From positions 157,343-221,342 of the IMG/VR virus record IMGVR_UViG_3300022866_000322: a stretch of DNA of 64,000 nt. One strand, given 5' to 3'. Below the pieces are notes generated by a model. It had not been told where the DNA came from and did no database searches. It saw only the letters and a list, made by a program, of their open reading frames with translations. The first letter of the stretch is position 1, and every line of letters starts with the position of its first letter. The position numbers and the translations under genes are program-made. Below, one piece after another: positions 21,401 to 29,658 of the stretch.

Positions 21401-24400
21401 TTCAACTGTTAGCGTAAGCCCTGCTGTTTGGACATCGGGAAACTGTACAGTACTTGGTGCGATTATATAATAATCAAGATCTTGGGTCAGTTCTACACCA
21501 TTCAATAATACTCTGTAGCTGTTAGCAAAAGCGTCCGGGGCTGTGAATGATGCCGATGTACCGTCTGTAGTAAACTCTGTAATTGTTCTATGGTACGCAT
21601 ACAATAGTCCGTCGTTGCCCTGTGTCCCTACAACTGCTGTGTCACTTCCAACAGTAAGTACGCTACCGTCTGAATTAGTAGCAAGACTTGATCCAAAGTT
21701 TGTACTAGCGTTTCCAGTTATTGTTGTAAGATTTGTGTAGAAGCTACCACGGGTGAATACCTGTATAACGTCGTTAGTTGCTGGTGGTGTTACAAATGTT
21801 ATCGTTTCGCCGCTAACACTGTATTCGATGGTTGGTACATACTCTACTGCACGTAGTTGTGAGTACACAAAAACTTCGGTTGGATCGCTTGTGAGTATGG
21901 ATACGTTACTGAATGTGCCTGTAGCTACAGACTGCGTGTCCGATACAATGTTGGCTGCAACGTTGGCTCCATTGATTGCAATAAGATCTGTGTCAGTGAA
22001 TGCCGCAACGTTTCCTGTAATAATAACAACATTAGTGTTAGTCAAAACTCTGGTGCTATCAAACACAACTGTACCACTTGCTGATGATGTTGTACCTGGA
22101 CTTTGATACGTTATGGTATCGTTTACTGCAACACTAACATTAGCATCTAGTACTAGGTTATATCGTTCGACTGGCAGCAGAACTGGATCAACTGCTGTTC
22201 TCAGGTTCAATTGATAACAGAAAACTTTATTTGCACCACTAGCACCAATATACAAATAGTTTGCATCTCTACTAATTGCCAAACTAGATCCAAACAAATC
22301 ACTTGCGCTACCTGCGGCATCAGTTAATATTTGTTGTATGATACCGTCTTTAAAGATGTAAACATAGCCTTTTCCGCTCGAACTGTCTGGTGCGCTGACT
22401 GCAACATATCCTTGTGCATTTACAACTTTGTATCCGAAGCTGTCTAGTCCTGTACTGTTTGCACTTAAAGCAAAACTTGCTGTCCAAGAATTAGTAACGG
22501 ATCTGGTAAATGCATTAACTCTACCCTCGCCTGACCCTGGCGAACCTACATACATCAACTGAGCAAGATTAGGTTCTATACTAACTGTTCTACCAAAGTT
22601 ATCATTGCCGGATAGTTTACTAGGATCTAGCTCCGCTTTGCTGTTATATACCCACGGGCTTGTTTTATTGTATACACCCCAATTTCCATCGTTGTCTAAA
22701 TTTTCTACCCATACCTTATCATTTTCTAACCACCCACTTACTGGCATCACTGATTGTATGTCAACAGGATTGCTTATCTTGGCGCTGGACAATCTATACA
22801 ACAATCCCGACCCACTGATTACTGCTTCTTCCTGCAATGCTTCTAAGTTTCTTGTTATTGTAATACTAAACCTAGTAGTGTCTATGATGTTGCCTACTTT
22901 ATACGCCCCGTCAAATCTATCATCAAAGTTTTTAATAACAACTACATCATCAACTGCTAGTCCGTGATTTTCATTAAACACAACTTCTGCAGAACCGTCA
23001 TCTCGGCTTCGCAGTATAAACACCAAACCGTCTATATAAGTTGCTCTGAATACATTCCAGCTACCGTTAAAGTCTTTAGCTACCCAAATCTTGTACCCTG
23101 TTCCTATTTTATCAATTGATGCAGATAATGAATCATAGTTATTTAAATTAAACAGTGTAGTGTCTACGTCTGCTAGGTTTACAAAGCCTGCCACTGGCAA
23201 CGGACGTAGTAACGGAAACTGTGTTCTGTCTTCAGTCACAAATACATTTGCGTTGTAAGTGCCAGATATCTTAAAGATATCGTTTTCTATAATTGCAACT
23301 GTTCCTTCTTGGGCGGCGTTGTTGTTATCTGTAAACTGTATAAGTGTAGGATTTTTAGTAATTGCAGTGTCGCTCAACGGTGTTTCAATGAACGCATTTG
23401 TATCCAATGATCCGTATTCGCCTACACGCATAGCCCAGTTTTCATACCAGTCAATATCTGAATCTAAGTTGCCAAATATTCCACCTTCTAAAGCATTAAT
23501 AGAGTTAGGTGTGCCTTTTTGTGTAATTAATCCTTGGTAATACTTTGACTGGGTAGTAACGTCTATACCTAAGTCAGTAAAGTACTGTCTTTCTCTGAAC
23601 CCAGTGATACCGTCACTGAATAATTGTATTTCTTCGTTAGCAGGTTGATTGTCTATATCGTAGAAACTAACACCAAGTTGTGCGTTTGATGCAAGATTTC
23701 TCAACATTCCGCTTTGTAATTCTGCCTTGTCAAACTGCTTCCATTTCGTAGTTTGGAAATTAGGATCGGCGGTTATGTTTTCTAACGCTGTATAGTATCT
23801 ATTTTTATGCTGGACAATAGATCCTTTAAGGTAATCAGTTCCGCCGCCCCACGCATCGATGCTATCACTGCTGAACATGAATCCTGGCAGTTCTAAACTT
23901 CCGTTCCAAGAATCAGTTTTGTATCCAACAAACTTTAATCTATATTGTCTATTACCTAATTCCGGAACGTAGATAACATCATTGAATTCAGTAACGTTAT
24001 CTAATATCAACAAGTGTTCTGTTTGTACTAAGTTTAGTTCAGCAAAACCCACTGACTTTTGTGCGTTGGATTGGAATGTAAACAAGTTATCTTCTCTATA
24101 AACCGAAAATTCGTTTTTATTAATTGGTTTAAAGTTTAGGTCAAGTACTCTACTGCCAAACGGTGCATTTTTTATCTCGTCTACAATTGCTGTTTGTTCG
24201 AATACCTTTAAAGTATCGCTCACAGGACTTAACACAAGAATATTATTAACACGCCATCCTTGTGTTGTCCAATGTAAGAATTCCTTAACACTTAGTATAA
24301 AATCTTTTTGTTGCTTGAGAGAGTCGTCATTGTCTACAAAAAGAAATCCTTGACTCTGTAGGAATCGCTGATAGCCTACTAAAAAATCAGTAACTTGTTG

Positions 24401-27400
24401 ACTGGAATTAAATTCAAAACCATAAGGTATTGTAATTTTTTGTTTTTTAAAGTCTCTAAAGATTACAGCACTGGCATCACCGTCAGTAACTTGATATGCG
24501 TTATTGTTAGGCTCGCTAGGTATAATAGTAAAGAATGGGCTGGTTATATCATACCCGCTTACTGTATACCCATTGGCTGTTCTTTGTACAATGACAGCAC
24601 TATATGTAATCTTCCTAATAGGGCTACCTTTGTATATCTTTAATGCATAGTTGTCATCGGGAATAACAACACTGTTGTTTATACTACTCGGACTGCTCTG
24701 CTCTGCCAGTAGTTCAATGAATTTTTTATCGGTATATCCTGCCACTTTGTTTAACAATTGAACATTTAGTTTTGCTAAATTTTCTTGTATTACTGTAGGC
24801 GCTGAACCTGCACCTAAGTTGGTTATGTAATCTGTTATCCAGTTTAAGTACCCAGCAGTGCGTTGTGTTACACCGTTTGCATCTACGTACCCGTTAACAT
24901 GAAGTGAGGTAGGGGTAAGGTGCTGACTTGTGTCAGTGATTTCAAATTGTCCAGTAAAACTATTTCTTTTGTATCTATGTACGTCTGCTTGTAGTCCGTA
25001 AAATCTAGCAGGTTTTGTTAGTGCCAACGCTAACATTAACGCATATGGATATTCACTACTGCGTCTCCATGCAAGTTCAACAGGACCTATATCTCCAACT
25101 GCATAACTTATATTAGCTCGACTACCATCAAAATCAGTGACGAGCATTTGCTCAGGACTACGTAAGTTACCGTTATCGTCTACTGGTATAAATTCACTTA
25201 GGTTTGGTCTTTGGTAACGTAGATCAATACCTTGTCTATCGCCACTGTGTATGTAGCCTATACTTAAATCACTCCATAGGGTGCTATTTCCGCCTGTGTA
25301 CGGAGAAACTCCATATCTGGTTTCCCAGTAGTCTGGCTTTTTGCTAAAGCCTAGCATTTCCCATGGATGCGTATGTGGTCTATCAGTGTCGTAGAAGTAT
25401 CTGTAAATGCTTCTCCAGGTTCCTGGTAAAGTTTCACCATTGACTATATCTCTAAATGCTTTGTAGTTCCAAGTGAACGGATCGCTTGCACTAAAATAAC
25501 TGTTTGTAGAAAAGTCAACTCTATTTGTGCCTACCCAGGCCAAAAATCCTTGGCTTAAAACTTGTGTAAATTCTGCTCTAGTATAGTCAGTGTCTCTGAA
25601 TTTGCCGGGCACGTAGTCAATGATGTTAAAAGTATCAGTATCATATTCAACCTTGACGTTGTTATAAATTCTACGCTCTAGTTCTAATAACAGATCATCT
25701 CTAAAGTCATTAAAGGCGGGAGTAATACTACCATCATGTCCTTGAATTACATTTGCTGGTGTACGCAGTGTATTGTCTAAATACTTCTCAGGAATGAACT
25801 TAGGATACATTCCCATCTTTGTAGGAGTTTCTGGGATGAAACTTCCGTCTGTATCACTGTACTCTACAATATCTATCTTGTCTTCAAATAACAATCTAAA
25901 ATTACTTGTGAAAGTTATTGCGGCACGATCTGTATTGAAGGTATAATCTCTGCCTTTTACTACTAAGGTCTTTGTTGTAACATCATCTACAGTTCTAGTC
26001 ACATAAACTAAAACAGATTTGTTACTCGGAATAGTGTCGTTGAATATACTTGTGATTTCGTATGCAGTGATCTCTGGGTCAAGAACAGTGTAAGTAGGAA
26101 TCAATGATCTATTGTCATCTCCATGTGGTATCATGTCACTACGGAACCACGGGAAACTACTGTTCTTAACGCTGTGCATTTGCAGAAGCACTGCATCAAA
26201 ACTAGTCTGCACGTTGTTTAAATCTAACTCAATCTTTCCTGCAACTTCTAAGAAATTCTTCCTGAATTTTGAGTATTCTCTATTGGCTAATTTAATGGCG
26301 TTAATCGAATCCATCGTTGGGTGATTTAAAAACAGTCCTGCATACACTGCAGGGGCACTATGCTGAAGTATACTTCCTGATGTGTTTTTATACACAATGT
26401 CTCTCAGGTTACTACTTCCAGGTACAGTACCCACAACACGTAAACTGTTATTTTTCAGCTCTATTAGATGATTCCTCATTTGCCCTAGTGTAACTGTAGA
26501 CAGATTTTTATTCAAAGTATTGATGTCTAAGTTAATAGGAACTTCGTAGTGTGCGTTAGCAGTGACCGGTATATCTTTATTAAAGATAGCAACAAACACT
26601 GCATCGTTTTTTGTAATCAGATCTGGATTAACCAATACTGCAAATTTATCTACTACTTTTGTAGTTGCAAAGTTACCCACGCTTACAATCTTGTTGTTGA
26701 CGTAAACTTTGATATGCGGGAAATTAGTACTAACGTCAGGCAAATTATCAATTGGGAATAAATTAGTTACGCCGTCGTATACAAAATCATAAATTTTAAA
26801 TTGTTTACTAAAATTGGTTGCAATTTCCCATACGTTGTCTCTGGCACATGTTGTAGTTGACACGTTCTTCTGTAAATAACCAGCATTCACTTTTTGTGGA
26901 GTTACAACATTGTTGGTCCCTGCCAGGTAAGTGAATGTTTGAGAATCAAAAGTGTTTTCAAATTCAATATCACCTTGATTCGTAAAGTTTTTGTAACTGA
27001 GAGGGAAACCCAATACTGTATCGTTACTGCCAGTTCCTCGCTTATAAGAAAATATCTTAGATCCAGTGAACGTTGTTCCAGTGAATGTACTTGCGTCGGA
27101 ATAACTTATGCCTTTACTGTCAACTACGTCAAATAACGGTTCTTGGTTATTTGCAGTTTTCTCTTGCGCTATAGTCCAACTGAAGCCATTGAAGTACCAT
27201 TGTTTACCACCATTGGTTCCTGACAGGACCAGCACAGTATTGTTGTCTACAACTGTTGCATCATCTGCTTCAACTAAGTATGCCTTGTAAACATCACTCG
27301 GGTCGTCTATTGCTTTTTCAATAGTAAAATTGTAAATTTTGTTTCTTACGTTGTCATCTAAGTCACTTGCAAATATAACTCTATCGCCGGTTGTAAGAGT

Positions 27401-29647
27401 GAGTGTCCCTATAGTAAAAACTGTTGTGTCGACCGATACCACACCTTGCACTTGTTGAAATGCTCTGGTAATAGTAGTGTCTAAAATGTCGACAGGTAAC
27501 TTAGCAACTGCTCCGCTATTATATAATTGGTAATCTGCGTCAAATTCAATAATTGGTCTGCTGGCACGTTGTGCTTGATCTAATAATACTTCTTGATCAA
27601 GATACCCTGCTGTCTTTTCTATAACATCTATGTGTACCCATCTATTGCCACGGCTCCATGCATTTCTGTCCAGGCTAGATCTGTTTACTGTGATGTAATC
27701 TTGGTACTCTGGTTGTAAATATACTTCAAAACTTGCGCCTGAGCCCGACCCGCCTGTTACCGAAACAGGATTAGTAGGTAATACTGTGTAGTTTCCTCGT
27801 TGTTTAATCTTAAATGTCTTTATTGATCCAGACTCCGGGGCTGTTACTGTAATTATAGGATTAGCCTCGTATCCACTGCCGCCACTTGCTAGTGTAACTG
27901 CTGTAACAACACCATTTGTCAATGTTGCTGTGGCACTAGCCAAACTTCCAAATGCACTTGATGGATTTGCAAAAGTTAACGTTGGCGTTGCTAAGTAACC
28001 GCTACCGCCATCTACAATAGTTACCGCCGTGACTGCCCCTGAAGAAGGATCTATAGTTGCTGACAATACCGCGGTATCTTTAGTTATGCTATCAACTACT
28101 GCTATTGCCGCAGTAGTAAAAGTTCCGCCTTGGATAGTGACTCTATCATTGACTTGATAGTTTAGTCCTCCAGCTGTAACAAAACTATCGTTTAGAGTTT
28201 CCACACTGATTAGCTCGTCTTCAGGCACTAGTCTGATTCCTGTGCCTACACCTTCGATATAATAGTTTTTGTTTCGATAACTTGCTGTAACTGTACTGTC
28301 AAAACTAATTTTTAAACCATTTGTAAATACCACACCGTTAGGACTTGTGTAATTTATTTCGCCTACTATGTCCCTATCAGGATCTATAGTGTCAACTACA
28401 GCATCAACAATGTTTATGATGCCACTGGCACCTGAATCAGCTTGATTTTGGTAATATAAATTTGTTAATGGGGCAGTAATGTATGGTACAAGTTCATAAA
28501 CAGAGTTTCTAACAAACCACTGTTTACTTGCGTATGTAGCGCCACCTTTAATTCTTACTTTATTGTTTTCAGGCACAGCAATTTTACGTACCAAGAAAAT
28601 TCTATCATTGCCGGCAGCGTCAGGCTGTATTGACACAGTGTAAACAGAAGTCCTTTCGGATAACGGAATTTGTACACTCTGATCCAAGTATACGACACCT
28701 TCCTCAGTTCTAGCAACATCAATCCAGAAACTATCATCAATGTAATTTCTATTAACGAATACAACTGTAGCACCATCTAAATATGCAACAGGACCATCAA
28801 TGCCGCCGTATGTGTCAATTAACTCCTGTGGCTTGGCTCCTTGCACTTGATTAAATGCCAAATCAGTAGCATAACTTACTGCTTCTACTGTAGGGAGATC
28901 TAAAAAGCTATCTTGCGCTGTTGCGCCAGGTACCGTGAAAGTTACAGTGCCCGAGTCAGTTCCATTATTCGAAACTCCCAGTACTCCCCTAGTTTCAACG
29001 TTACTCAGATCAGGATCTATACCGTCCTTGCCTGGCTTGCCTTGTATCCAGAAGTTGTTTCCTGGGTTATTAATTACAAACTCGTATACTCCGCCACGTG
29101 CTAGTGCAATACTTGGGTTAGGCACGTTGTCACTGCCAGTAAATTCAAAAGCGTTGTTTACAGGATTATATGTTACAGTAAACGTCTGGGGTGTGCTTAT
29201 GCCACTGGATGTAATTTGTACTGGGTTAGGTCCTGAACTTAACCAATAGTACTGGCTGAAGTTTACAAATTTATCAAAACTTAACTTAGGATCATACGTA
29301 TAAAACTCATTGTCGAACAATCTGTTGTGATTGTTTGTTAGGCCGCCTTCGTATCCAATTTTATTAACAATGTCTACATAAGTTGTTGCATAGTCTACTT
29401 TGTTAGTTATTTGATCTTTAATTATCACGCCAGGTTCTAGCTGATAGTCTGCTCTCGATGCAGTTGGTTCAGATACATAGCTATCAGTTGCTTTATAAGA
29501 AGGTGCTAGTTTTCTACCAATGTAACCATTGACTTGTTTAAGTTGTGGTTCATTAACTAGCTGATCAACTGTAGCGTTTAAAAACTTTTTATTAGTATCA
29601 GTTTGAAAAACGTCAGGTAAAAACTGGTGAGTTTTGAATGCTGCCAT
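15488..29647 (-). CDS. Giant multidomain baseplate wedge / adhesin protein (4719 aa)
   Basis: Uninterrupted 14.1-kb ORF directly downstream of gp6. It has FG-GAP-like repeats (DNFGRTVSI, DLFGSSLAIS, NFGSSLAT, RFGTDIQL, EKFGTAIGI, DDYGADIDI), a YncE-like beta-propeller (FFKPDGTKMY, FFREDGSRMY, FSTDGTRMY, FREDGKELF, MRHDGTRLF) and GSGY beta-repeats. Confidence 0.85.
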   Translation of the reverse strand: MAAFKTHQFLPDVFQTDTNKKFLNATVDQLVNEPQLKQVNGYIGRKLAPSYKATDSYVSEPTASRADYQLEPGVIIKDQITNKVDYATTYVDIVNKIGYEGGLTNNHNRLFDNEFYTYDPKLSFDKFVNFSQYYWLSSGPNPVQITSSGISTPQTFTVTYNPVNNAFEFTGSDNVPNPSIALARGGVYEFVINNPGNNFWIQGKPGKDGIDPDLSNVETRGVLGVSNNGTDSGTVTFTVPGATAQDSFLDLPTVEAVSYATDLAFNQVQGAKPQELIDTYGGIDGPVAYLDGATVVFVNRNYIDDSFWIDVARTEEGVVYLDQSVQIPLSERTSVYTVSIQPDAAGNDRIFLVRKIAVPENNKVRIKGGATYASKQWFVRNSVYELVPYITAPLTNLYYQNQADSGASGIINIVDAVVDTIDPDRDIVGEINYTSPNGVVFTNGLKISFDSTVTASYRNKNYYIEGVGTGIRLVPEDELISVETLNDSFVTAGGLNYQVNDRVTIQGGTFTTAAIAVVDSITKDTAVLSATIDPSSGAVTAVTIVDGGSGYLATPTLTFANPSSAFGSLASATATLTNGVVTAVTLASGGSGYEANPIITVTAPESGSIKTFKIKQRGNYTVLPTNPVSVTGGSGSGASFEVYLQPEYQDYITVNRSSLDRNAWSRGNRWVHIDVIEKTAGYLDQEVLLDQAQRASRPIIEFDADYQLYNSGAVAKLPVDILDTTITRAFQQVQGVVSVDTTVFTIGTLTLTTGDRVIFASDLDDNVRNKIYNFTIEKAIDDPSDVYKAYLVEADDATVVDNNTVLVLSGTNGGKQWYFNGFSWTIAQEKTANNQEPLFDVVDSKGISYSDASTFTGTTFTGSKIFSYKRGTGSNDTVLGFPLSYKNFTNQGDIEFENTFDSQTFTYLAGTNNVVTPQKVNAGYLQKNVSTTTCARDNVWEIATNFSKQFKIYDFVYDGVTNLFPIDNLPDVSTNFPHIKVYVNNKIVSVGNFATTKVVDKFAVLVNPDLITKNDAVFVAIFNKDIPVTANAHYEVPINLDINTLNKNLSTVTLGQMRNHLIELKNNSLRVVGTVPGSSNLRDIVYKNTSGSILQHSAPAVYAGLFLNHPTMDSINAIKLANREYSKFRKNFLEVAGKIELDLNNVQTSFDAVLLQMHSVKNSSFPWFRSDMIPHGDDNRSLIPTYTVLDPEITAYEITSIFNDTIPSNKSVLVYVTRTVDDVTTKTLVVKGRDYTFNTDRAAITFTSNFRLLFEDKIDIVEYSDTDGSFIPETPTKMGMYPKFIPEKYLDNTLRTPANVIQGHDGSITPAFNDFRDDLLLELERRIYNNVKVEYDTDTFNIIDYVPGKFRDTDYTRAEFTQVLSQGFLAWVGTNRVDFSTNSYFSASDPFTWNYKAFRDIVNGETLPGTWRSIYRYFYDTDRPHTHPWEMLGFSKKPDYWETRYGVSPYTGGNSTLWSDLSIGYIHSGDRQGIDLRYQRPNLSEFIPVDDNGNLRSPEQMLVTDFDGSRANISYAVGDIGPVELAWRRSSEYPYALMLALALTKPARFYGLQADVHRYKRNSFTGQFEITDTSQHLTPTSLHVNGYVDANGVTQRTAGYLNWITDYITNLGAGSAPTVIQENLAKLNVQLLNKVAGYTDKKFIELLAEQSSPSSINNSVVIPDDNYALKIYKGSPIRKITYSAVIVQRTANGYTVSGYDITSPFFTIIPSEPNNNAYQVTDGDASAVIFRDFKKQKITIPYGFEFNSSQQVTDFLVGYQRFLQSQGFLFVDNDDSLKQQKDFILSVKEFLHWTTQGWRVNNILVLSPVSDTLKVFEQTAIVDEIKNAPFGSRVLDLNFKPINKNEFSVYREDNLFTFQSNAQKSVGFAELNLVQTEHLLILDNVTEFNDVIYVPELGNRQYRLKFVGYKTDSWNGSLELPGFMFSSDSIDAWGGGTDYLKGSIVQHKNRYYTALENITADPNFQTTKWKQFDKAELQSGMLRNLASNAQLGVSFYDIDNQPANEEIQLFSDGITGFRERQYFTDLGIDVTTQSKYYQGLITQKGTPNSINALEGGIFGNLDSDIDWYENWAMRVGEYGSLDTNAFIETPLSDTAITKNPTLIQFTDNNNAAQEGTVAIIENDIFKISGTYNANVFVTEDRTQFPLLRPLPVAGFVNLADVDTTLFNLNNYDSLSASIDKIGTGYKIWVAKDFNGSWNVFRATYIDGLVFILRSRDDGSAEVVFNENHGLAVDDVVVIKNFDDRFDGAYKVGNIIDTTRFSITITRNLEALQEEAVISGSGLLYRLSSAKISNPVDIQSVMPVSGWLENDKVWVENLDNDGNWGVYNKTSPWVYNSKAELDPSKLSGNDNFGRTVSIEPNLAQLMYVGSPGSGEGRVNAFTRSVTNSWTASFALSANSTGLDSFGYKVVNAQGYVAVSAPDSSSGKGYVYIFKDGIIQQILTDAAGSASDLFGSSLAISRDANYLYIGASGANKVFCYQLNLRTAVDPVLLPVERYNLVLDANVSVAVNDTITYQSPGTTSSASGTVVFDSTRVLTNTNVVIITGNVAAFTDTDLIAINGANVAANIVSDTQSVATGTFSNVSILTSDPTEVFVYSQLRAVEYVPTIEYSVSGETITFVTPPATNDVIQVFTRGSFYTNLTTITGNASTNFGSSLATNSDGSVLTVGSDTAVVGTQGNDGLLYAYHRTITEFTTDGTSASFTAPDAFANSYRVLLNGVELTQDLDYYIIAPSTVQFPDVQTAGLTLTVETNNFVQDQIISPSLTGINGQRFGTDIQLCGTGCNLYGSAPSYFANQYSSGAVYRLVNTGRVYGNVTGTVSNATVTSGDSIVINDRPVEFTGTTITDVANDINGTGIPGVTASNALVFISNVTSGETESHWRLQITSNVQVATEKLNITSASTGTGLTDLGIEIYKHTQVVTHPNQIGEKFGTAIGISQSVGKLAISSEGADTTTPTTFDIADTVTIFDSLSTTFVKIVKDSGAVYLYDLIANPYESEDNPSIFAFSQKLTAPGVETGDDYGADIDIVNDIMVIGVTNDSDITVGGGSVYTYYNEGSKPGWELLRYKEPRVAIDAINSAFIYNKTSETIINYLDILDPVKGKLLGAVEQELDYIEEFDPASYNTTTASTGISNDSFYWTTQQIGKTWWDTSVANFIDYEQSTLLYRSINWGSLFPGSTVTIYEWVESDVLPSQYVGNGGDGVPKNADDSAYTQSTFVDPGTGIIVSKYYYWVSGKTSVDPVTANRRISTTLLEQYIRSPKDQNIPYLGLTSPSSVNLYNINDKTTGSDVILHLDTTTVENNDQLIHNEFGLVQQGTTTSAIPQRVIDKLRDSLRGEDSTGRLVPDITLKPQDRLGILSRPRQGLFLDRSAALEVFVNEANRLLALHPVLLTTTATSLYVQQPFPASYDAQVASYTDVEYLDTTGFADGYTILIPQDSRYENRWSLLEFNGTSREFDLIRSQSYKTDLWWTPSEWYDSTYIAGNAIAHTVNTYGDIQKLVLANNDYIKILDDGAGNWSTYRYETTGQLSLIAAENATVTLSSLLYDTTITLGFDTAVFDAVAFDKQAGSEIGNIFDSLYTQIFINSLATDFNKLFFTIINYVFEEQKNPDWIFKTSFIDVLHNLRSLEQLPTYSKDNQDFYKQYIDEVKPYRTQLKEFTPVYTKTDTATGSWTDFDIPARWYAEENTFRSPNIQVTSDSTYFTTDLYQPYADNYKLKVGEIIVGNIGQNYTIAPNVEITGGGGSGANATATISAADGTVTSITVTKAGSGYTTTPNVVINGTGEGATAYAMLNSEFDSQGGYNTVRSIDSTIKFDRITYTSNVAQWTANVAYEDTVVVNGNFANSYDLNRIELDGNANVAPQDTTITDVFFKPDGTKMYIAGDTSNSVYEYTLGTPWEVTTASNVAVANVNVQDTSVQGLFFREDGSRMYTVGDTSNSVYEYRLATPWFVNTAANISVVSINSQETSATSVEFSTDGTRMYVLGTANDTVFEYELSIPWLASSATYSTRSKSVASEENIPTGMRFREDGKELFVTGQQYNKIWSYTLSTAWDISTATLNNSADLNATNPTGLYMRHDGTRLFVADDVGNFVQQYDFNSNGITQIDGNLYITSGNIIFYNNTAYLATNANVSSQTVFDFTRFTEIDSGNVLLSAADRITSYYVPSFGRPGKDINQLMFGTSYPGNKISGETFTSNSFTLTSNVIGFNYTGHKITSANTQQVDFVDRGFNLNDPIKIEGMYETFNFENNATFRVVSVSRDEMMLSGQPIESIVTLSLGESISANEGDYITQTNSTANARVLNNYTSVKEIAVIQEKQGFLELDANVVRVNGVATTANVMDVLGSGTANVKISNLYIDDLLDSNIASFYTDTALGTRPEDINIAGGFYLDAYNSHAPEELVPGRMYDTLEMRVFTNTASNTASYGFRVFEPMDRDRSYYRISANSTTTLTANLALDDVNIFVDNAALLPDPGTGVGGSPGEVFINGELIYYYQKYDDAKMLSADVWTANTEFATDSLITYSSNVFLVLGNVFANANAYINTSNVKQVFANTISQLRRGVDGTGANVHYANARVVDSSLAQQLPNIALATTNSLTGEKKVAANVTWRVSLNNTISANIGDYITQTGPTANVRILETVANANVVAVDFVDGNLRIANANVSINGTTTTANVSALNILGEVLSTGNVSVTGKTIKQDYLWKAYGTGDTLDSSTTEWAEYIKAERSYTP

Positions 29648-29658
29648 TGCTTATCTTC

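Noticed and set aside
9541-29647. Diversity-generating retroelement acting on fibre genes
   Set aside because: No reverse transcriptase in the window and no template/variable repeat pair differing at adenines was seen.
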